Notes: generated by a model not told the origin, from the letters alone. Positions 19,910-30,438 are shown, counted from the stretch's first letter. The stretch is DNA of 64,000 bases from Acidobacteria bacterium bin61 (GCA_963578475.1 CAUZCL010000003.1:27027-91026), one strand, 5' to 3'. Made by a program: numbers and translations.

Positions 19910-20727
19910 TTGTCAAAGACGTCAACGCCTTGCGTCTCTACATTCTTGCCGGAACCGGAGGCGACCTTCGTGCCAACGCCGCGTCGACGACGTTCCAGTT
20001 CGCGGCATTCATTGACGACGAGGAGGACGGCGAGAACATTGGCGGCTTCACCGCACAGTGGACCCTGCCGCTCAAAAGCGGAGAACGCGTCTACGTCGCG
20101 ACCGTCCGCCATGACGAGTCCCGTCCGCCTTTCGCGTCGGCAGTTCGTGCAGCGAGCGCTCGCTGTTACCGCCGCGTTTCCTGCTTGAAGAGCCTCAGCC
20201 GTTCCGTGGAAGCTGCCGGTGCCACAAATCCGATCGTGCTGGACCGCTACGGTCCGCTTGTGCCAGATCCGCATCGAATCCTCGACTTGCCCGGAGGCTT
20301 TGGCTATCGCGTGATCTCCCGCACCGGTGACCGCATGGCCGATGGGTTGCTCGTGCCAGGTTTCCCCGACGGTATGGCCGCGTTCTCGGGGAGTGACGGC
20401 AAGGTGGCGCACGACGAGGCGCGTATGAAGCGCTTCGAACGTGAAGCTCATGTGCTCGCCTCGCTCAATCATCCGAACATCGTAGCGATCTACGGACTCG
20501 AGGACGTGGACGGGGTTCGCGCACTCGTGCTCGAGCTGGTGGAAGGGCCGACGCTCGCGGAGCGGATCGCTTTAGGTCCAATGACGGCTGAAGAAGTCGT
20601 ACGTATCGCCCGACAGATGGCGGTCGGGCTCGAGGCGGCGCACGAGAAGTCTGTGATTCATCGGGATCTGAAGCCGGCTTGCCATCACTCCAGATGGCTC
20701 TCGCATCGTATATGCGGCGACCGTTAG
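19910..20727 (+). pseudogene. Chimeric remnant: PhoX-like Tat-signal N-terminus (frameshifted) joined to an internal Hanks-type Ser/Thr kinase core fragment
   Basis: Frame 19910 gives MTSPVRLSRRQFVQRALAVTAAF (Tat motif, PhoX-like). Frame 19930 continues IVLDRYGPLVPDPHRILDLPGGFGYRVISRTGDRMADGLLVPGFPDGMAAF (PhoX/DUF839-like), then abruptly EARMKRFEREAHVLASLNHPNIVAIYG...HRDLKP (kinase subdomains II-VIb) and stops. No kinase N-lobe Gly-loop and no activation segment. Confidence 0.45.
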
Positions 20728-20864
20728 TCGTGCCGGACATCGCGCCTCAGGACGGGAGCGAGCACGAGCCGAAGCTGTCGCTTGACGGCATTCGCGGAGC
20801 GTGCCGGATGCCGGTCGTGTGGTTGCAGGCCGTGACCGGCAAAACTTCCTTATCTGTGGATACA

Positions 20865-20923
20865 CAGGTGCATTTATCTCAAGTAATACTTGAAGTTACT
20901 CTGTCCGGAACGAGTTGCATGAC
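20865..20923. repeat. Copy A of an about 58-bp imperfect direct repeat containing the 11-bp palindrome AAGTAATACTT
   Basis: caggtgcatttatCTCAAGTAATACTTgaagttactctgtccGGAACGAGTTGcatGAC. About 80% identical to copy B at 23299-23357. Lies about 80 bp upstream of the M28 peptidase start, next to an AT-rich stretch containing TTGACA. Confidence 0.45.
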
Positions 20924-21001
20924 GTCAATATCATTGCCACACGGCTTCTAGCTAATTAGAATTGACACTCTTTCCACACGGATTCAACGGATCGGAACGC
21001 A

Positions 21002-22227
21002 ATGAAAAAACCCCCGAACCTAGTTTCAGCCTGTATTTTGCTTCTCGCGCCAGCGGCACTTGCAGAAGAATCGATCCACGATATCAAAGTGGACCACTCG
21101 ATTATCTCCGCAGAGCTCGCGAACACCGCGGTACTGCTTCGCGAACGCGCGCTCATCGACAATCTCTCAGTCGACATCCTGGAATCGCTGGCCACGGAGG
21201 TCGGACCCCGCCGCATGGGCACCGACGGCGACCGGCGTGCCATCGCTTGGGCGCAGGCCAAGTTCAAGGATCTCGGTTTCGACCGCGTCTGGATAGAAAA
21301 TGACTACGTTCCGAAGCCCGGCGCCTCACGCATGGCCGCCTACGGTGAGGGAACGAAAGCGCGCGGCCGCAGACATGTCACTGCCGTGAAGCGTGGTGCC
21401 GAGGCGATTGTCATTCGCTCGGTCGGCACGGACAACCATCGCTACGCGCATACCGGCAGCGGCAACGGGTATGTCGACGGCGTGAGGAAGATACCGGCCG
21501 CCGCGTTGTCGTCTCCTGACGCCGTTCTTCTTCAGAACATGCTGAAGCGCGGCAAACCAGTGACGATGAAAATGAATCTGACATCCGAGATTACCGGTCC
21601 GACGAAAGGCGCGAATATCATTGGCGCGATCACCGGCCGACAGGATCCCGGCCACTATCTCGTGCTGGGCGCCCACGTGGGTTCCTGGGACGAAGGCACC
21701 GGTGCGCTGGATGACGGGGCGGGCGTGGCCTTGATGATGGCCGCGACCGCGTTCATCGGCCAGATGGAGCAACGGCCGAAGCGCAGTATTCGCGTGCTGC
21801 TTTTCGCTGGCGAGGAGATCGTCTTTTACGGCGTGAACGCGTACATGGAAAGACACAAGAACGAGCTCCACGAGCATCTACTGGGCGCGGAAGTCGATAG
21901 CGGCGGTGGCCGCATCCACACGCTGATTTCGGGCGTGGGCGAGCAGTCGCTGCCGGTTGTTCGCGAGATGTATAAACTCATAGCACCTTTAGTATCGCGT
22001 GGAGCGATGCTAACAACTCGAAAGGCTCATCGGACATGAGTGTGCTCGGACGAGCCGGCATGCCGGCTCTCAGTTTCATGCAGAGCTCGAACGACTATAT
22101 GAAGTATCACCACACACCCAACGACACGTTCGACAAAATCGTTCCGGAAGACATGCGCTATCTGACCGCCGGCTACGCGACGATGTTCTACCTGGCCTCC
22201 GAAATGGAAATCGACTTCAGGAAATAA
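21002..22227 (+). pseudogene. M28-family zinc aminopeptidase (secreted) with a frameshift near 21975-21995
   Basis: ORF 21002-22039 has a signal peptide and the M28 core (HVGSWDEGTGALDDGAGVA, LFAGEE). The conserved C-terminal ...GSSDMSVLGRAGMPALSF...YHHTPNDTFDKI lies in a different frame (the 22036-22227 ORF is its tail). Confidence 0.6.
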
Positions 22228-22232
22228 AGCTG

Positions 22233-23186
22233 ATGGAAAAGCGTCCAATCGGTTCTCTCGAAGTCTCCACTGTCGGTCTCGGCTGTAACAATTTCGGCCG
22301 CCGCCTCGACGAGGCCGACACGAGCAAAGTCATCCACGCCACGCTCGATGCCGGCATCAATTTCTTCGACACTGCGGATTCCTACGGTGGCACGGATAGC
22401 GAAGTATTCGTCGGCCGCTGTTTGGGCAAGCTGCGCCACGAAGTCCTCGTAGCAACGAAGTTCGGTTGGGAGCTCGACGAGGAGCGCCGGGGCGCCCACC
22501 CCGACTACGTGCGACGCGCCGTCGAAGACAGCCTCCGGCGCCTGCATACCGACTATATCGACCTCTACCAACTCCACAAGCCCGATCCGAGCGTGCCGAT
22601 CGAAGACACGCTCGGTGTACTCCAAGAGCTCGTCACCGAGGGTAAGGTCCGTGAGATCGGCTGCTCTAATTTCGCGTCGAGCGAGCTGGACGCTGCCGAA
22701 GAAGCCGCCGAGGGCGGTCCGCGATTCGTGAGCGTACAGAACGAGTACAACCTGCTGCACCGTGAGCCGGAGAAAGACGTGCTGCAGTCGTGTGAGCGGC
22801 TCGGGTTGGGTTTCGTGCCTTTCTTTCCGCTCGCTAGCGGCCTTCTCACCGGCAAATATCGCCTCGGCCAACCAGCCCCGGAAGGACGATTGACCTCGAT
22901 CGCAAGGCTTTCAGACAGGCTCAACGACGACGCTCTCACGGTGGTGGAGTCACTCGTTAGATTCGCGGAGCGGCACGGGCACTCGATTCTCGACCTCGCC
23001 TTCGGGTGGCTTCTCGCGAAACCTCGAGTCACTTCAGTGATCGCGGGTGCCATGTCGGCGGAGCAGCTGCGCCAGAACGTACGCGCCGCATCGTGGAAAT
23101 TGACGGAAGAGCTTGTCGATGAGGTCGACGAGCTCGTACCCTCCGTCGTTTCGAACGGCGTCGATGAGCTCACGGACGAGCGGTAG
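22233..23186 (+). CDS. Aldo/keto reductase family oxidoreductase
   Basis: 317 aa; MEKRPIGSLEVSTVGLGCNNFGR...DTADSYG...GKVREIGCSNF are classic AKR motifs. Confidence 0.85.
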   Translation: MEKRPIGSLEVSTVGLGCNNFGRRLDEADTSKVIHATLDAGINFFDTADSYGGTDSEVFVGRCLGKLRHEVLVATKFGWELDEERRGAHPDYVRRAVEDSLRRLHTDYIDLYQLHKPDPSVPIEDTLGVLQELVTEGKVREIGCSNFASSELDAAEEAAEGGPRFVSVQNEYNLLHREPEKDVLQSCERLGLGFVPFFPLASGLLTGKYRLGQPAPEGRLTSIARLSDRLNDDALTVVESLVRFAERHGHSILDLAFGWLLAKPRVTSVIAGAMSAEQLRQNVRAASWKLTEELVDEVDELVPSVVSNGVDELTDER

Positions 23187-23298
23187 CGGCAAGGAGTCAA
23201 CAGTGGCCGTCGCCGGCGTCCGCGCCAATGTTGGCTCTTCAAAACAGGAAGCGCTGCTCGTTCAGGGAGCCACCCAAGCCTGTGCACATGTGTGCGCT

Positions 23299-23357
23299 CT
23301 GGTGCAAGACCTCAAGTAATACTTTAAGTCACTTGGTCTGGAACGAGTTGGCCTGAC
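23299..23357. repeat. Copy B of the about 58-bp imperfect direct repeat (palindromes AAGTAATACTT and AAGTCACTT)
   Basis: ctggtgcaagacCTCAAGTAATACTTtaagtcacttggtctGGAACGAGTTGgccTGAC. Located between the AKR stop and the 3' end of the tannase pseudogene. Confidence 0.45.
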
Positions 23358-23364
23358 CTCCCCG

Positions 23365-24975
23365 CTAGTTCGAGGCTCCGATGGGCGCGACGCAGCTGAA
23401 GCTCGCGGCGTCATGCGCGCTACCCACGCCGTCGTAGCGCGCGACATTGGGATACGGACACAAAGGTCGCGATAACGTCACCGCTCCGTTCTCCTCGCGC
23501 ACGGCGACGAATGTGTCCGGCGCGACGCCGGCTTCGACCCCGTCGACGAGCGCGGTGAGCGCATCGAAGCGATCGACGCGAGCCCACTGGCACAATGGAA
23601 CATGCCGGGAACCATGACAAGGCGAAAGAAATCGTGTGGTCTCGCTCCCATCGTGTCGCCGACCTCTTCGTAATACGCCACGGTGCGAAGTGGGTTGAGC
23701 GCTGTGTCCGCCCAACCGAAATAGCTGATGAGCTTGCCGCCTCGCTCTTTGAAACGGGTGTGGTCCGGGTCGACCGCATGAGAATCTCTCGGATGGCTCC
23801 CATGCGCTCCGGCTCCTTTTCGAAATCGAACGCATTCCAATCGTCTTCTGGATCGTCCCCGGGAAACGCCATGTAACGGAAAAACGATTTCGCGAACAGC
23901 TTCTGGATCGAAGGGCTGCGCGAGCTCAATATCCAGCCGCCCCCACCACTGCTCGAACCGCGACGCGTCACACCGACCGACTCGGCCCCGAAAGGTTGTC
24001 CCGGGTAAAACTGCCCAGCGCCTCGACGCACGCCAACGTAGATGAGGCGGAGCGCTTCGACGTCGTCCTCGCTAAAACAGGTGGGGCCATTCTCATTCCC
24101 GCTGCAACAAGGAAACTCGGTCGCGGGGTCAAACGCGCAGGCGCGAGGGTCAGCGATGAGGCCGTCCTCGAGACCGTCGACGCCGTCGCATTTCGCGGTT
24201 ACGGACTTGGCAACGAGCTCGATCTTTTGAGGTCTCGCGTCGAGCTCTCTAGAGCCCTGCCGTTCCATGCATAAGAAATCATCGTGTTCGTGAAGTCCAG
24301 AACGGGCGCTCCCGCGACGATGCCGTCGAAATCTTCGTAAAAGCGCTGCGCCGATATCAACCCCTGGCGCCTGCCGGTCGAGCAGCCGTCCCAGCAGGAA
24401 TACCGAGGACCGCGCCCGTAGTAAACGTCAATGAGCTCCTTGGCGCTCAGGACGGTCAAGTGTACGGCGCGAAACGCATAGTCGATCGTCTTCTGCAAAT
24501 TGCCGTGAGCAAAGGTCGCTAGCGGCTCTGACCGACTGTCATGGTCGGTGTCGGTATAGGCCGTCGCAAAAGCATGCTGCAGCGCGCGGTCGCGGACGAG
24601 CTGGCGCCCTTCATTTTCGGGCGGCGTTCCGGCGAAGCCGCCATTCCCGTTCATGTAGAATCGCCCATTCCACACGGAGGGGAAGTTCAGCTCGAAGCGG
24701 ACCTCCGGAGGAATGACGCCCGAGACGCGACAGTGCTCTGGGACGTCGTTGTCGGCAGCGACGAGCCGTGCAGAAAGAATGGAGTAGTCGTGCGTCGTGC
24801 GAGACAGGAGTGCTTCGTAGCCCGCCGAGGCGAAATAGGAAACGTCCGCGTAACCCACGCGTGAGCTCGGAGCGTCGAGAAAACTGTAACCATTCTGCGC
24901 CCACATCGGGACTGCCGTCGTCAGAGCGACCAGGGCTACGAATTGGATCAAGCGGGAGCTGGACTGGATGGACAT
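23365..24975 (-). pseudogene. Tannase/feruloyl-esterase family alpha/beta hydrolase, disrupted by at least 3 frameshifts
   Basis: Four minus-strand ORF pieces in three frames carry consecutive parts of the family: signal peptide and YSCWDGCSTGRRQGL (24199-24975), CDGVDGLEDGLIADPRAC (23420-24268), KLISYFGWADTALNP...FFRLVMVPGMFHCASG (23478-23840), and C-terminal LCPYPNVARYDGVG...SFSC (23365-23835). Confidence 0.6.
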
Positions 24976-25166
24976 GGGAGAGTGACGATATCACGGCGAG
25001 AAACGTCGTGCCTTCACCGCTCACACGCTGCGCTGGCACGGCGGACTATACTGCTTTACCATGTAAAAAAATGGAGAGATTTGATGTTCTATGAAGTCAC
25101 TCAGTCGGATATCGATGCCCTCACGCAGGATGGTGTCGTACCCCTGCGAGGCGTTTTCGACAAAGA

Positions 25167-25991
25167 ATGGCAGCGGCCGTCACCGCTATCGTCGTCATTG
25201 GCGGCGTGCGGCGCATCGGTAAGTTCTCGGAAGCGTTCGTGCCGCTCATGTCAGCCGTGTTCATCCTGAGCGGTCTCGCGGTATTCTTCTTCAACTACGA
25301 GCGGATTCCCGAAGTCTTCGCTCTCATCTTCCGACACGCTTTCGCACCCGCGCCGGCGCTCGGGGGCTTCGCGGGCGCGGGCGTGGCCCAAGCCATCCAA
25401 GTCGGGATGTCGCGTGGGATGCTCTCGAACGAGGCCGGGCTCGGTACCGCGCCGATGGCGCATGCGACGGCGAATAACGTGCATCCCTTCCGCCAAGGCA
25501 TGTGGGGTGCTGTCGAGGTCGCGACCGACACGCTCATCATCTGCACGATCACGGCTTTTGCTGTGCTTTCGACGGGTGTTTTTTCCTCGGGCGAGACGGG
25601 CATCGAACTCGTGATTGCCGCCTTCGCTTCGGTCTTCCCCCCCGCCATCGCGGGAGGGTTTTTGTCCTTCGCGATTCTCACCTTTTGCCTCACGACGCAA
25701 ATCGCGTTCTTCTTGTATTTCGAGACGGCGATCACGAGCCTCTTCGGCGCAGGCGCCATCCGCTATTTGCGTTACGTCTATCTCATCCCAGGTGTGCTCT
25801 TTGCCGGCGTCTCGAATGTCGACCGACTCTGGGTCTTCGCCAATCTCGCGGTCGGCTCCTGCGCCATCCCTAACTTGATTGCGGTGCTCGCTCTGAGCGG
25901 CCCGTTTTTCGTTCTCATACGAGACTATGTCCGTCAGGAGAACCGCTACACGACCGCCATCATCGATCGGTCACGGGAGTATATTCAATGA
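25167..25991 (+). pseudogene. C-terminal half of an AGCS-family alanine/glycine:cation symporter; 5' half (about 200 codons) absent
   Basis: LGGFAGAGVAQAIQVGMSRGMLSNEAGLGTAPMAHATANNVHPFRQG matches the central conserved AGCS segment. Only about 190 bp separate it from the upstream divergent gene, and there is no N-terminal half in any frame. Confidence 0.55.
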
Positions 25992-26079
25992 GCTCTGAAG
26001 ACTGCCCCAATGGCGCGGCCCCGAACGTACTGGAGTCGCTAGCTGGGTCTCCTGGCCCCCGTCCTGGCCCGAGGCGCTC

Positions 26080-27150
26080 GTGAAGCGCTGGCAAGTCTCC
26101 GTCGGTGAAGGCTATTCGAGCCCCGCCGTGGTGGGCGAGTTCGTCTATCAGTTATCGCGTGAAGACGAGGAGGAGGTCGTGCGGGCGCTCCACCTCACGG
26201 ATGGCGAGACAGCCTGGAGGGCGTCGTACCGTGCGCCCTACCAAATGAACCCGTCCGCTACCGCTCACGGGAAGGGACCGAAATCCTCGCCGCTCGTCGC
26301 CGACGGCAGAGTGTTCGTTCTAGGCATCGACGGCATGCTTTCTTGCTACGACGCGGAAAACGGCGGTCTCGTCTGGCAGCACGACTTCAAGAACCTCTAC
26401 CCGGCGACATCACCCCTCTATGGGCACGCCACGTCGCCGCTCTTGGCACAGGGCAAGCTCATCACGCATATCGGCAGCCCGGGCAACGGTTCCATCTGTG
26501 CTCTCGAGCCCGAGACCGGCATGATGATCTGGCATCACGACGGCGATGGCCCCGGCTACGCCTCGCCCATCGTCGTGCGTCTCGAACGCACGCGCCAGAT
26601 CGTTACGCAGACCGACGCCCATATCGTCGGTATCGCGCTCTCCGAAGGCTCTTCTCTTTGGAAGATCCCGTTCAAGACGCCCTATGACCAGAACATCCAG
26701 ACACCCATTCTGCACGGCGACAGGCTCATCTTTTCGGGGCTGGATCAGCCTACCGTTGCGGTTACCGTCGAGCGCAACGAGACGCGCGAGCGGTGGAAGA
26801 AATCCGTCACGTTCTACATGAGCACGCCTGTCCTCGTCGGCGATCGTCTCATCGGTTTTTCCGACAAGAAAAGCGGCCACTTCATCGCACTGGAAGCCAA
26901 GAACGGCAAGACACTCTGGGAAGGCCCTCCGCGTCAAGGCGACAATGCTGCGATTGTGGCGGCGGGCGATTGGGTGCTCGCATTGACCGATAGCGCCGAA
27001 CTCTTCATCCTGCGCGCGGACGCCGATCGCTTCGAGCCCGAACATACTTATTCTGTCGCCGAGAGCCCGACCTGGGCGCATCCCGTGCCGACCGCGGAAG
27101 GTATCCTAATCAAGGATGAAAGGACTCTTGCGCTTTGGAGCCTGGGGTAA
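26080..27150 (+). CDS. PQQ-like beta-propeller repeat protein (BamB/PQQ-enzyme-repeat fold); GTG start, no evident signal peptide
   Basis: Repeated ...DG.V... / LVWQHDF / MIWHHDGDG / TLWEGPP propeller-blade motifs. Possibly 5'-truncated. Confidence 0.6.
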   Translation: MKRWQVSVGEGYSSPAVVGEFVYQLSREDEEEVVRALHLTDGETAWRASYRAPYQMNPSATAHGKGPKSSPLVADGRVFVLGIDGMLSCYDAENGGLVWQHDFKNLYPATSPLYGHATSPLLAQGKLITHIGSPGNGSICALEPETGMMIWHHDGDGPGYASPIVVRLERTRQIVTQTDAHIVGIALSEGSSLWKIPFKTPYDQNIQTPILHGDRLIFSGLDQPTVAVTVERNETRERWKKSVTFYMSTPVLVGDRLIGFSDKKSGHFIALEAKNGKTLWEGPPRQGDNAAIVAAGDWVLALTDSAELFILRADADRFEPEHTYSVAESPTWAHPVPTAEGILIKDERTLALWSLG

Positions 27151-27224
27151 ACTGTTTGGCTCCCGAGGCTAGAGAGCAGTAGGCAGCCCGCTCACAAGCG
27201 GGCCGCCTATTTGGTTTAGCGTTT

Positions 27225-28169
27225 CTATCGGGCTTTGTCCGCGTTCAATGCGGTGACTACTTCCTGAGCGTTCGGAGCCCGCGGATGGTCGGGCGCGAGC
27301 GTCAGAAACTGCTCGAAATGCGCGAGCGCTTTTTCGTTCTCGAGTTTGCCGACCAAAATCAGACCGGCCTGGTAATACGCCAGCGCGTTATCCGCTTCGA
27401 GCTCGATCGTTTGCTCGTATGCGGCGAGCGCGCTGTCCTGATCGCCGGAATTCTGCACATAGACTGCATAATTGAAGACCGCCAACGCGTCCGTCGCGCG
27501 GAGGTCGATGGCCTTCTTCATCGCCGCGGCTGCCTCAGGCCACTCCTGCGCCGCGCCGCGGAGATCCGCCACTGCAAGATAGGAGTCATAGGCGAGATCT
27601 GGATTTTTATCGGCCGCGATCGTGTAGTACTCGATGGCGTTCTCCTTGTCGCCCATCTGATCATACGTGGTGCCGATGTTGAAATAGATCTCGGTCGAGT
27701 CCGGCATCATCTCTTTCAGCTCCAACAGCTTCGCGAGAGTCTCCGCGTGATCTCCGGCATCGCTCGCTGTATTAAACTCGGAGAGAAGCTCGGTTGCGCG
27801 CGTGTGCTCTTTCTCAGAGAGCTCACCCGCTGCGCGCTTGAACATGACTTGCTCGCCGAGCCAGGACTCGGAGAAAGCCGAGACCTGGATCTGCAATGGG
27901 AGCTTCCGGTACTCTTCCTTCTCGCAGGTGATCGTATACATGCCAGAACGAACGCCCCCTTTGGTGAACATGCCGTTGTCCTTCGTCGTGGCTATCGTGC
28001 GCCGGCCCATGGAGCCGCCGGAAAGCTCGATCGAGCATTCCACGCCGGCGAGTGGATTACCGTCTTCGTCCAAGATCTTGCCGCGAATCGATCCGGCCTG
28101 CGCGAAAGCGTACGCCGCCACGAGCGCGAAAATGGCCGCCGCCACGACCATCCAACTATTGAATTTCAT
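27225..28169 (-). CDS. Secreted carboxypeptidase-regulatory-like domain + TPR repeat protein
   Basis: MKFNSWMVVAAAIFALVAAYAFA signal. GSIRGKILDEDGNPLAGVECSIE (CarbopepD_reg-like). C-terminal TPR-like helical repeats (AIEYYTIAADKNPDLAYDSYLAVADL...). Confidence 0.7.
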   Translation of the reverse strand: MKFNSWMVVAAAIFALVAAYAFAQAGSIRGKILDEDGNPLAGVECSIELSGGSMGRRTIATTKDNGMFTKGGVRSGMYTITCEKEEYRKLPLQIQVSAFSESWLGEQVMFKRAAGELSEKEHTRATELLSEFNTASDAGDHAETLAKLLELKEMMPDSTEIYFNIGTTYDQMGDKENAIEYYTIAADKNPDLAYDSYLAVADLRGAAQEWPEAAAAMKKAIDLRATDALAVFNYAVYVQNSGDQDSALAAYEQTIELEADNALAYYQAGLILVGKLENEKALAHFEQFLTLAPDHPRAPNAQEVVTALNADKAR

Positions 28170-28248
28170 TCTTTCCTCCCGGGGTAGCACGAATCGCAGC
28201 CCTTTAGTTCATGATTTTGCTGGAGTCTCGCGAAGGGCCCTGCCTACC

Positions 28249-29163
28249 TCACGAATGTTTCCCGTAATTTTTCTCCCCCGCCTCGATTCGAATCTCTAAC
28301 CGATTCTCTTTCGTCGGCATCGGACAGGTCGTATGCGGGTTGTACGCACAAGGGGGATTATAGGCCCGGTTGAAATCGATCACGACTTTGCCGTTCTCGG
28401 GGGCCTCGGTGCGGAGGAAGCGGGCCGCCGGATAGGACCCTTTGCCGCTCGTCCCATCCCGGAAGGTGAACTTCAGCGTGCCCTCGCGCGCCTTCTCCGC
28501 CTCCATACGCACTTTCTGCCCTTGAAGCTCGAAATCCACATATCCCACGACTTCGAAGACCTCGATATCGCCCAGAATGTTCAACATCTCGACTTTCTTC
28601 TCTTCCGCATGCGGGGTGAACTTCGCCTGGACACGAAACTTCGGGTCGACCGGATACCAATCGAGGCCGGCAAACTCCTTGCGATAGGACGCGTTCAGGT
28701 CACGGAGCCGGATCGCGAGACGCTCACCGCTATAGTGCAGCCACATCTTCAGGTCGTTTACCGCTATTGCGTGCTTTTCTCCCATCTCGAGCTCAACCAT
28801 CTGGATGAGCTTTCCGTCCTGGGTGATGGTGACGCCGTCTTCAGCATGGAACGTCGCTTTGCGATCGTGAAACTTGAATACACCCACGGTGGCAGGCGCT
28901 GAGCCCTCGGGGAGCACAAAATCATTGCTGGTCGCGGTCCCGACCCAGTTCTCACCCTCGCGGAGCCAAAAGAGGCCAGCGACCGTGAGCCAACTGCTAT
29001 CCTTTTGTAGGTTCTCTTCGCGCTCAGCCTGCCAGCTTTTGACTCTGTCAACATAGCCGGGATCTTCCACGCTCGAAGCACTGACACTAAAGATGACGAG
29101 CATGACGGTTAGAAAAACGAGCGCCGCGCCCACGGCATATCCGAGTTTTCTACTAGTGTTCAC
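28249..29163 (-). CDS. DUF1684 domain-containing protein (membrane-anchored/secreted)
   Basis: 304 aa; N-terminal TM/signal. Conserved DUF1684 C-terminal motif NRAYNPPCAYNPHTTCPMPTKENRLEIRIEAGEK. Confidence 0.75.
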   Translation of the reverse strand: MNTSRKLGYAVGAALVFLTVMLVIFSVSASSVEDPGYVDRVKSWQAEREENLQKDSSWLTVAGLFWLREGENWVGTATSNDFVLPEGSAPATVGVFKFHDRKATFHAEDGVTITQDGKLIQMVELEMGEKHAIAVNDLKMWLHYSGERLAIRLRDLNASYRKEFAGLDWYPVDPKFRVQAKFTPHAEEKKVEMLNILGDIEVFEVVGYVDFELQGQKVRMEAEKAREGTLKFTFRDGTSGKGSYPAARFLRTEAPENGKVVIDFNRAYNPPCAYNPHTTCPMPTKENRLEIRIEAGEKNYGKHS

Positions 29164-29359
29164 AGCACATGCCTCCAGCCTAGCCCCACAGTCGCATTGT
29201 ACTTTACGAGAGACGACTCCGCTAACCGGGCAGCTATTTCTTGTATTCCATGACGTTTACGGGATCTGGGCTCTCGAAAACGGACGCGGGTACGTCCACG
29301 AGCACCGCCATGTTCTCGTGCTTTCCCTCGCCACGACCGGCGGAGAGCATGATCCCACC

Positions 29360-29752
29360 CTACTTCTGCCAGTCTTGCCAGGGAATTTGAAAGCGCCGCT
29401 CTGGGTCGGAGGCCTTCGGATAGTAGTCCCATTGAGTGATCAGACGGGAATCCTCGTCGACGTAGACGTGGTACTTGTTCTCCGGAGTGCGGCCGACATC
29501 CTTGAAGGTCAGCTCTAGAACATCGGCTACCATGCCATCCACCGTCTCACCTTTGCCAAAATATTTCAAGGTGACGCCGCTGTCCTTGAGCTTGAACGGC
29601 ATGAAGACCCAGTACGAGTCGTTGATCCAGGCGCTCTCGGCATCGTGGAGTGCCTCCTCGAGAGCCGCCGCTTCGGTGACCTCCTCACCATTCTTCCAGA
29701 CGCGCCCTTTCTGGAGACTCAGGTTCATCAGGACGAGCATTACCCCCGTCAC
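29360..29752 (-). CDS. Hypothetical protein (possible fragment)
   Basis: 130-aa ORF overlapping the end of the DUF4328 gene. SYWVFMPFKLKD...KYHVYVDEDSRLITQWDYY is composition-typical of a beta-rich periplasmic domain. No recognisable family. Weak. Confidence 0.3.
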   Translation of the reverse strand: MTGVMLVLMNLSLQKGRVWKNGEEVTEAAALEEALHDAESAWINDSYWVFMPFKLKDSGVTLKYFGKGETVDGMVADVLELTFKDVGRTPENKYHVYVDEDSRLITQWDYYPKASDPERRFQIPWQDWQK

Positions 29753-30404
29753 GCGCTTTGTCCGTCTGGCGCCGATCGATCGCGCGCACCACCATCATGA
29801 GAAGAAGGGTAGCGAGAGCTCGGAGAGTCTCGAAGACCGTCAGGCTCCAGACCGTGGATTCCCCACCGAGGTTTTGCGCGATGATGTTCCACACGATGCT
29901 CAGAAGCCAAAACCCCCACCACATGGGGAGAATGGACGGCACAGTTCCAGAAACCCGCGCGACCCCCGGCTTTGGCTCGCTCGCTTGATAGATTTCCTTC
30001 ACGGCGCGATACGGACCGATCAGGTTCGCGACGGGAACAAAAGCGATCCCAGCGCTCCATCCGGGCGAGAAAAACATTCCTTCAGCGCCAAGCGAGCGCG
30101 CGTCGCGATTGGCGCGAAAAACCCATACCGAGAAACTCACCACCACGAGCGCAAGCATCGGCCACGTCAACGCCCAGCTCAGTTCGAGCGGGCCGGGAGT
30201 AAGGGTCAAGATCGCGTCCTGATAGCCCTCCCAGCGAAAAAAGACGGAGAGATAGAGCGTGGCCCGAAAGGCCCGAAGCGCGAGATCGACGAGCAGGACA
30301 GCGAGGAGAAGGGTCGCGGCGCCCGAGCTTTGCCTCGGCAAGGGCTGCGTGCCCTCCTCGGGAGGAGAGTAAGGATTCGCCCTTTCCGCCACCGCACGTT
30401 CCAT
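29685..30404 (-). CDS. DUF4328-like integral membrane protein
   Basis: Multiple TM helices with Trp-rich loops (PMWWGFWLLSIVWNIIAQNL, LTWPMLALVVVSFSVWVF). Start taken at the internal MERAVAERANPY. Confidence 0.5.
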   Translation of the reverse strand: MERAVAERANPYSPPEEGTQPLPRQSSGAATLLLAVLLVDLALRAFRATLYLSVFFRWEGYQDAILTLTPGPLELSWALTWPMLALVVVSFSVWVFRANRDARSLGAEGMFFSPGWSAGIAFVPVANLIGPYRAVKEIYQASEPKPGVARVSGTVPSILPMWWGFWLLSIVWNIIAQNLGGESTVWSLTVFETLRALATLLLMMVVRAIDRRQTDKARDGGNARPDEPESPERARLEEW

Positions 30405-30438
30405 TGCTCGTCTCGGAGCCCATCCTAGTCCCCAACAT

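Noticed and set aside
19697-19929. Possible tRNA or small RNA in the 233-bp ORF-free gap
   Set aside because: No T-loop GTTCRANYC consensus, no acceptor/anticodon cloverleaf could be folded by eye on either strand. More likely the decayed 5' region of the PhoX remnant.
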